A stretch of 64,000 bases of DNA, from the NCBI GenBank assembly GCA_036499085.1, contig DASYEK010000116.1:273-64272 (forward strand), read 5' to 3'. The stretch is from Herbaspirillum sp. (lineage in GTDB: Bacteria; Pseudomonadota; Gammaproteobacteria; Burkholderiales; Burkholderiaceae_D). The stretch's first letter is position 1; each line of letters starts with the position of its first letter. The translations under genes were made by a program, and so were the position numbers. Shown one piece after another: positions 61,346 to 64,000 of this stretch. The notes below the pieces were generated by a model. That model was not told the DNA's origin. It ran no database searches and worked only from the letters and a program-made list of their open reading frames with translations.

Positions 61346-61942
61346 TCAGTCGTCCAGCAATGGATAGAACTGGGTCCAGACATCGTCTTTCTTGGCGTTC
61401 GCCCGGTGGCAGAACGCGCATTCCTCATTGGGTTTCACCTTCGCGGTCGCTGCCTTCGGTTCGAAGTGGTTGAAGTTGTAGTAGCCCCATCCCCCGGTGG
61501 CGACGTAACGCTTGGAATCCTTGACGGTCACGTCGGCGCCGTTAAACTTCCCGGGAAAGTAGCCGCGCCCGGATGCCTCGGTGCGCGATCCGTCCGGGTT
61601 CTGGGCCGGAAGCAGCAGTTGCAATTCCTTGAAGAAGATCGTTCCCTCCGGGAATTCGCCGGTCTTCTTGTAAATCGCATACGAGCCCGGCTCGATGTAG
61701 ACGTTGTGGAATTCAGGGAAATTGGCCTTGCCGCCGTTGAGCGCGTTAGGCGTGAGCGGTGAGCCGACGTATACCCACTCATGAAAATTCTTCGGCAGGA
61801 TCAGGTCGCCTGATTTCGTATATTCGGGGAGATAGCGCTTTCTCGCTTGCGTGCCCCCGTCGCTGGACGACGACTGGGCGAATGTGGTTGTTATGACAAG
61901 CGCGCTGAGACCCGCAGCAGCAATCAGTAAGGGAATACGCAT
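61346..61942 (-). CDS. Cytochrome P460 family protein A (Nitrosomonas CytL-like)
   Basis: GDLILPKNFHEWVYVG..TPNALNGGKA.F, KKTGEFPEGTIFFKE, SGRGYF, VKDSKR, CAFCH, VWTQFYPLL; GGAGAAAAGG RBS. Confidence 0.9.
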   Translation of the reverse strand: MRIPLLIAAAGLSALVITTTFAQSSSSDGGTQARKRYLPEYTKSGDLILPKNFHEWVYVGSPLTPNALNGGKANFPEFHNVYIEPGSYAIYKKTGEFPEGTIFFKELQLLLPAQNPDGSRTEASGRGYFPGKFNGADVTVKDSKRYVATGGWGYYNFNHFEPKAATAKVKPNEECAFCHRANAKKDDVWTQFYPLLDD

Positions 61943-61979
61943 ACCTTTTCTCCTTCTCTCCACGAATAGTTGAGCGCTC

Positions 61980-62031
61980 ATCCTATCTTTGTCGACGGTT
62001 CCAATGGTCTCGAAATTGTTCCAATTCGTCC
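61980..62031 (-). promoter_or_regulatory. Predicted AraC-activated promoter of the P460-ccm operon
   Basis: Minus strand GGAC-gaattggaacaatttcg-AGAC-N21-TAGGAT. Confidence 0.65.
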
Positions 62032-62293
62032 AAATATTCGAATTGGATTCATAACCGACCGCATATGCGAATCTTCGTTGTCCGGGGCATCAAACAGATG
62101 CATCCGGATCTGCGGGCTTTAGGCCAAGGAGTATCGTAGGACCGCGTCGCGGCGGTCGCGCGGCGGCAATGGAAGGCGGATCAATTGGCAAGGGTCCATT
62201 CGGCGAGCAAAGACGCACGCAATCTTCCCAATCATGCTGTGCGCTGATCCTGAGGAATGCCGCGCTGACGGCGGCCTTGTATTTGGAACCGGC

Positions 62294-62764
62294 TTATCTT
62301 CTTGCCGAACAATCGAGGAATTGCGCCTGCTCCGGCAGGCGCGCCAGGGTGGCGCCGTCCGGTTCGTCATCGAAGTATTTATGCAGCGCGCGGTTGAACA
62401 GCTGCCGGTCCGGGGTCGCATTGCCCGATGCGGCGGAGAACAGCGTCATCGAGGAGCGGAATTTCATTTCGTCGGGATCGCCGAATATCGCATAGGCCGA
62501 CTTGCCAGGGATGGCGTCGACCAATGCCGTGCACTTGCGCAGGCGTTCGCCCAGCAGGGGGTGATCCAGGTAAGCCTCGGCTTCCGCCAGGGAGGCGATG
62601 GCGAAGCGGCGCGCCATTTCGCTGCTGCCGAGTCCGGTCAATTGCGGAAAGATGAACCACATCCAGTGCGTCTGCTTGCGGCCGGCGCGCAGTTCCGCGC
62701 AAACCTGTTCGAACACCGGCGCCTGTGCATCGACGAAACGCTGCAATTGGTAGGGGTCGTTCAC
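62294..62764 (-). CDS. DUF1810 family protein
   Basis: LQRFVDAQ, ELRAGRKQTHWMWFIFPQ, YLDHPLLGERL, KFRSSMTLF. Confidence 0.92.
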   Translation of the reverse strand: MNDPYQLQRFVDAQAPVFEQVCAELRAGRKQTHWMWFIFPQLTGLGSSEMARRFAIASLAEAEAYLDHPLLGERLRKCTALVDAIPGKSAYAIFGDPDEMKFRSSMTLFSAASGNATPDRQLFNRALHKYFDDEPDGATLARLPEQAQFLDCSARR

Positions 62765-62908
62765 GCCGGTCTCCCGCTGTTTAGCTTATATGGTTGATGA
62801 GATTGCTTGGAAATATTGCCGCGATGGAAGTTCCGCATCGAGCAAAAAATTTCGGCGGCGGCGCGGCGGCCATGTATTCCGATTCCTGGCCGCGAGCGTC
62901 GGTTACAA

Positions 62909-63880
62909 ATGTCGATTTGTCAGTACAATTGGCCGGAACCTCATAACCCGGTACCGGACATCGCCGCCATCGACATCAATCATATCGACCTCAATCTGCT
63001 GCGGGTGCTGTTGACGGTCGGTCAGGAAGAAAGCGTTTCGGTCGCGGCCGAGCGCCTCGGGCTGTCGCAGTCGACGGTCAGCAGCGCGCTCGGGCGGCTG
63101 CGGACGCTGACCAGGGACCCCCTGTTCGTGCGCGGCCAAGGCGGCATGCAGATGACCGATTACGCCAAGACGCTCTTCAAGTCGGTTGAAGCCGGCTTTG
63201 CCTCGATGGACCTGGCCTTGCGCGAACATGCCTCGTTCGACCCCGGCACGGCGCGCGACACCTTTACCATCCTGATGAGCAATATCGGCCAGTCGGTCTC
63301 GGTGCCGCACCTGCTGCGCCATGCGCAAGAGCATGCGCCGGGACTGCGTTTCAACATCATGCAGTTTTCGCGTTTCAGCTATCTGCAGCAGCTTGAAACG
63401 GGCGAAGCGGACCTGGTCTGCGGCTATATCTCGCGTCCGAAGGAATGCCTGCGTTCGATCAAGCTGGTCGATACCGAATTCGTTTGCCTGTTCCGCGAAG
63501 GCCATCCGCTGATCCATGACGAAATCACGCCGCAGTTGTATGCGAAGCTGGACCATGTCGCGGTCAAGCGCGAGCGCGACAGTGGACGCGGCATCGAGTT
63601 GCTGCACGAGCTGGGTCTGGAAAAACGCATCAAGTTGACGCTGCCGCATATCAGCGCCATCCCGCCCATCATTTTCGTGACCGACCTGGTGCTGACCACC
63701 ACGCGCGGCTTCGCCGAGACCTATGCGCGCATGCGTGGATTGCGCTGGCTGCCGCTGCCCTACAAGCTGCCGTCCACCGATGTCGCCATTTTCTGGCACG
63801 AGAAAAAGCAGACCGACGCCGCCAACAAGTGGCTGCGCAACTTCATGCGGGACAGTATTGTGCAGGGATATAAATTGTGA
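62909..63880 (+). CDS. LysR-family regulator (NodD/NahR-like)
   Basis: DLNLLRVL, SVSVAAERLGLSQSTVSSALGRLR, DPLFVR, WHEKKQTDAANKWLR; start uncertain. Confidence 0.88.
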   Translation: MSICQYNWPEPHNPVPDIAAIDINHIDLNLLRVLLTVGQEESVSVAAERLGLSQSTVSSALGRLRTLTRDPLFVRGQGGMQMTDYAKTLFKSVEAGFASMDLALREHASFDPGTARDTFTILMSNIGQSVSVPHLLRHAQEHAPGLRFNIMQFSRFSYLQQLETGEADLVCGYISRPKECLRSIKLVDTEFVCLFREGHPLIHDEITPQLYAKLDHVAVKRERDSGRGIELLHELGLEKRIKLTLPHISAIPPIIFVTDLVLTTTRGFAETYARMRGLRWLPLPYKLPSTDVAIFWHEKKQTDAANKWLRNFMRDSIVQGYKL

Positions 63881-64000
63881 ATGCGCCTTTTGATTTTCGT
63901 CCGGAGGTGATCCTTCGATACGATGCTGCGCATCTACTCAGGACGAACGGGAGTTTTTATGAATTTAAAGAAAGCCGTTTGGTTTCTTGAATTTTCGTCC

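Larger units (their letters stand above)
37748..62050. other. Accessory redox/oxidant-stress island (no mobility genes seen)
   Basis: Dense cluster of stress, repair and cytochrome genes with a shared promoter motif; many genes show less GC-saturated codons than flanking genes (visual impression, not computed). Confidence 0.6.

Noticed and set aside
60720-61942. Evidence of a nitrifying or methanotrophic lifestyle from P460
   Set aside because: No amo/pmo/hao genes in the window; P460-family genes are widespread in heterotrophs
37748-62290. Integrase, IS or direct repeats defining the island as a mobile element
   Set aside because: None found by eye within the window; mobility remains unsupported
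63959-64000. ORF start at window edge (MNLKKAVWFLEFSS...)
   Set aside because: Has a GGGAG RBS but only 14 codons are visible; cannot be assigned

Overview
GC-rich betaproteobacterial chromosome segment (Burkholderiales, probably Oxalobacteraceae-like; inferred from gene content and codon style). From left to right it holds: (1) a fatty-acid beta-oxidation operon (1-6337); (2) an AT-richer accessory patch with a small 2-TM ORF, a tRNA-Ser 3'-end-like remnant plus terminator, an ESPR autotransporter and orphan ORFs (6340-11500); (3) a decaying transport/catabolic locus and mixed accessory or housekeeping genes (JmjC, MFS, DGC, a three-gene DUF3142 operon, ilvD, creA, regulators, D-amino acid dehydrogenase; 11500-37620); (4) an ~24.5 kb redox-stress island (~37750-62050). 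The island encodes MsrA, a redoxin and MsrB, an orphan EgtD, Dps, a Kef-like antiporter, an RclA-like flavoprotein disulfide reductase, an AhpD/CMD protein, a Tat-exported ferritin-like protein with a cytochrome c, three AraC regulators with RclR-like cysteines, and two tandem cytochrome P460 genes heading a complete System I ccmABCDEFGHI operon. Four island promoters (msrA, egtD, PEP-mutase/dps, P460-ccm) share an identically spaced element, RGAC-N17-RGAY-N21-TAnnnT. This suggests one AraC regulon that ties the P460 pair and its heme-attachment machinery to methionine repair and thiol chemistry, and it is the best candidate for an undescribed system here. No integrase, transposase, intact tRNA, rRNA or CRISPR array was seen. 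Family assignments come from recognised motifs, not database searches.
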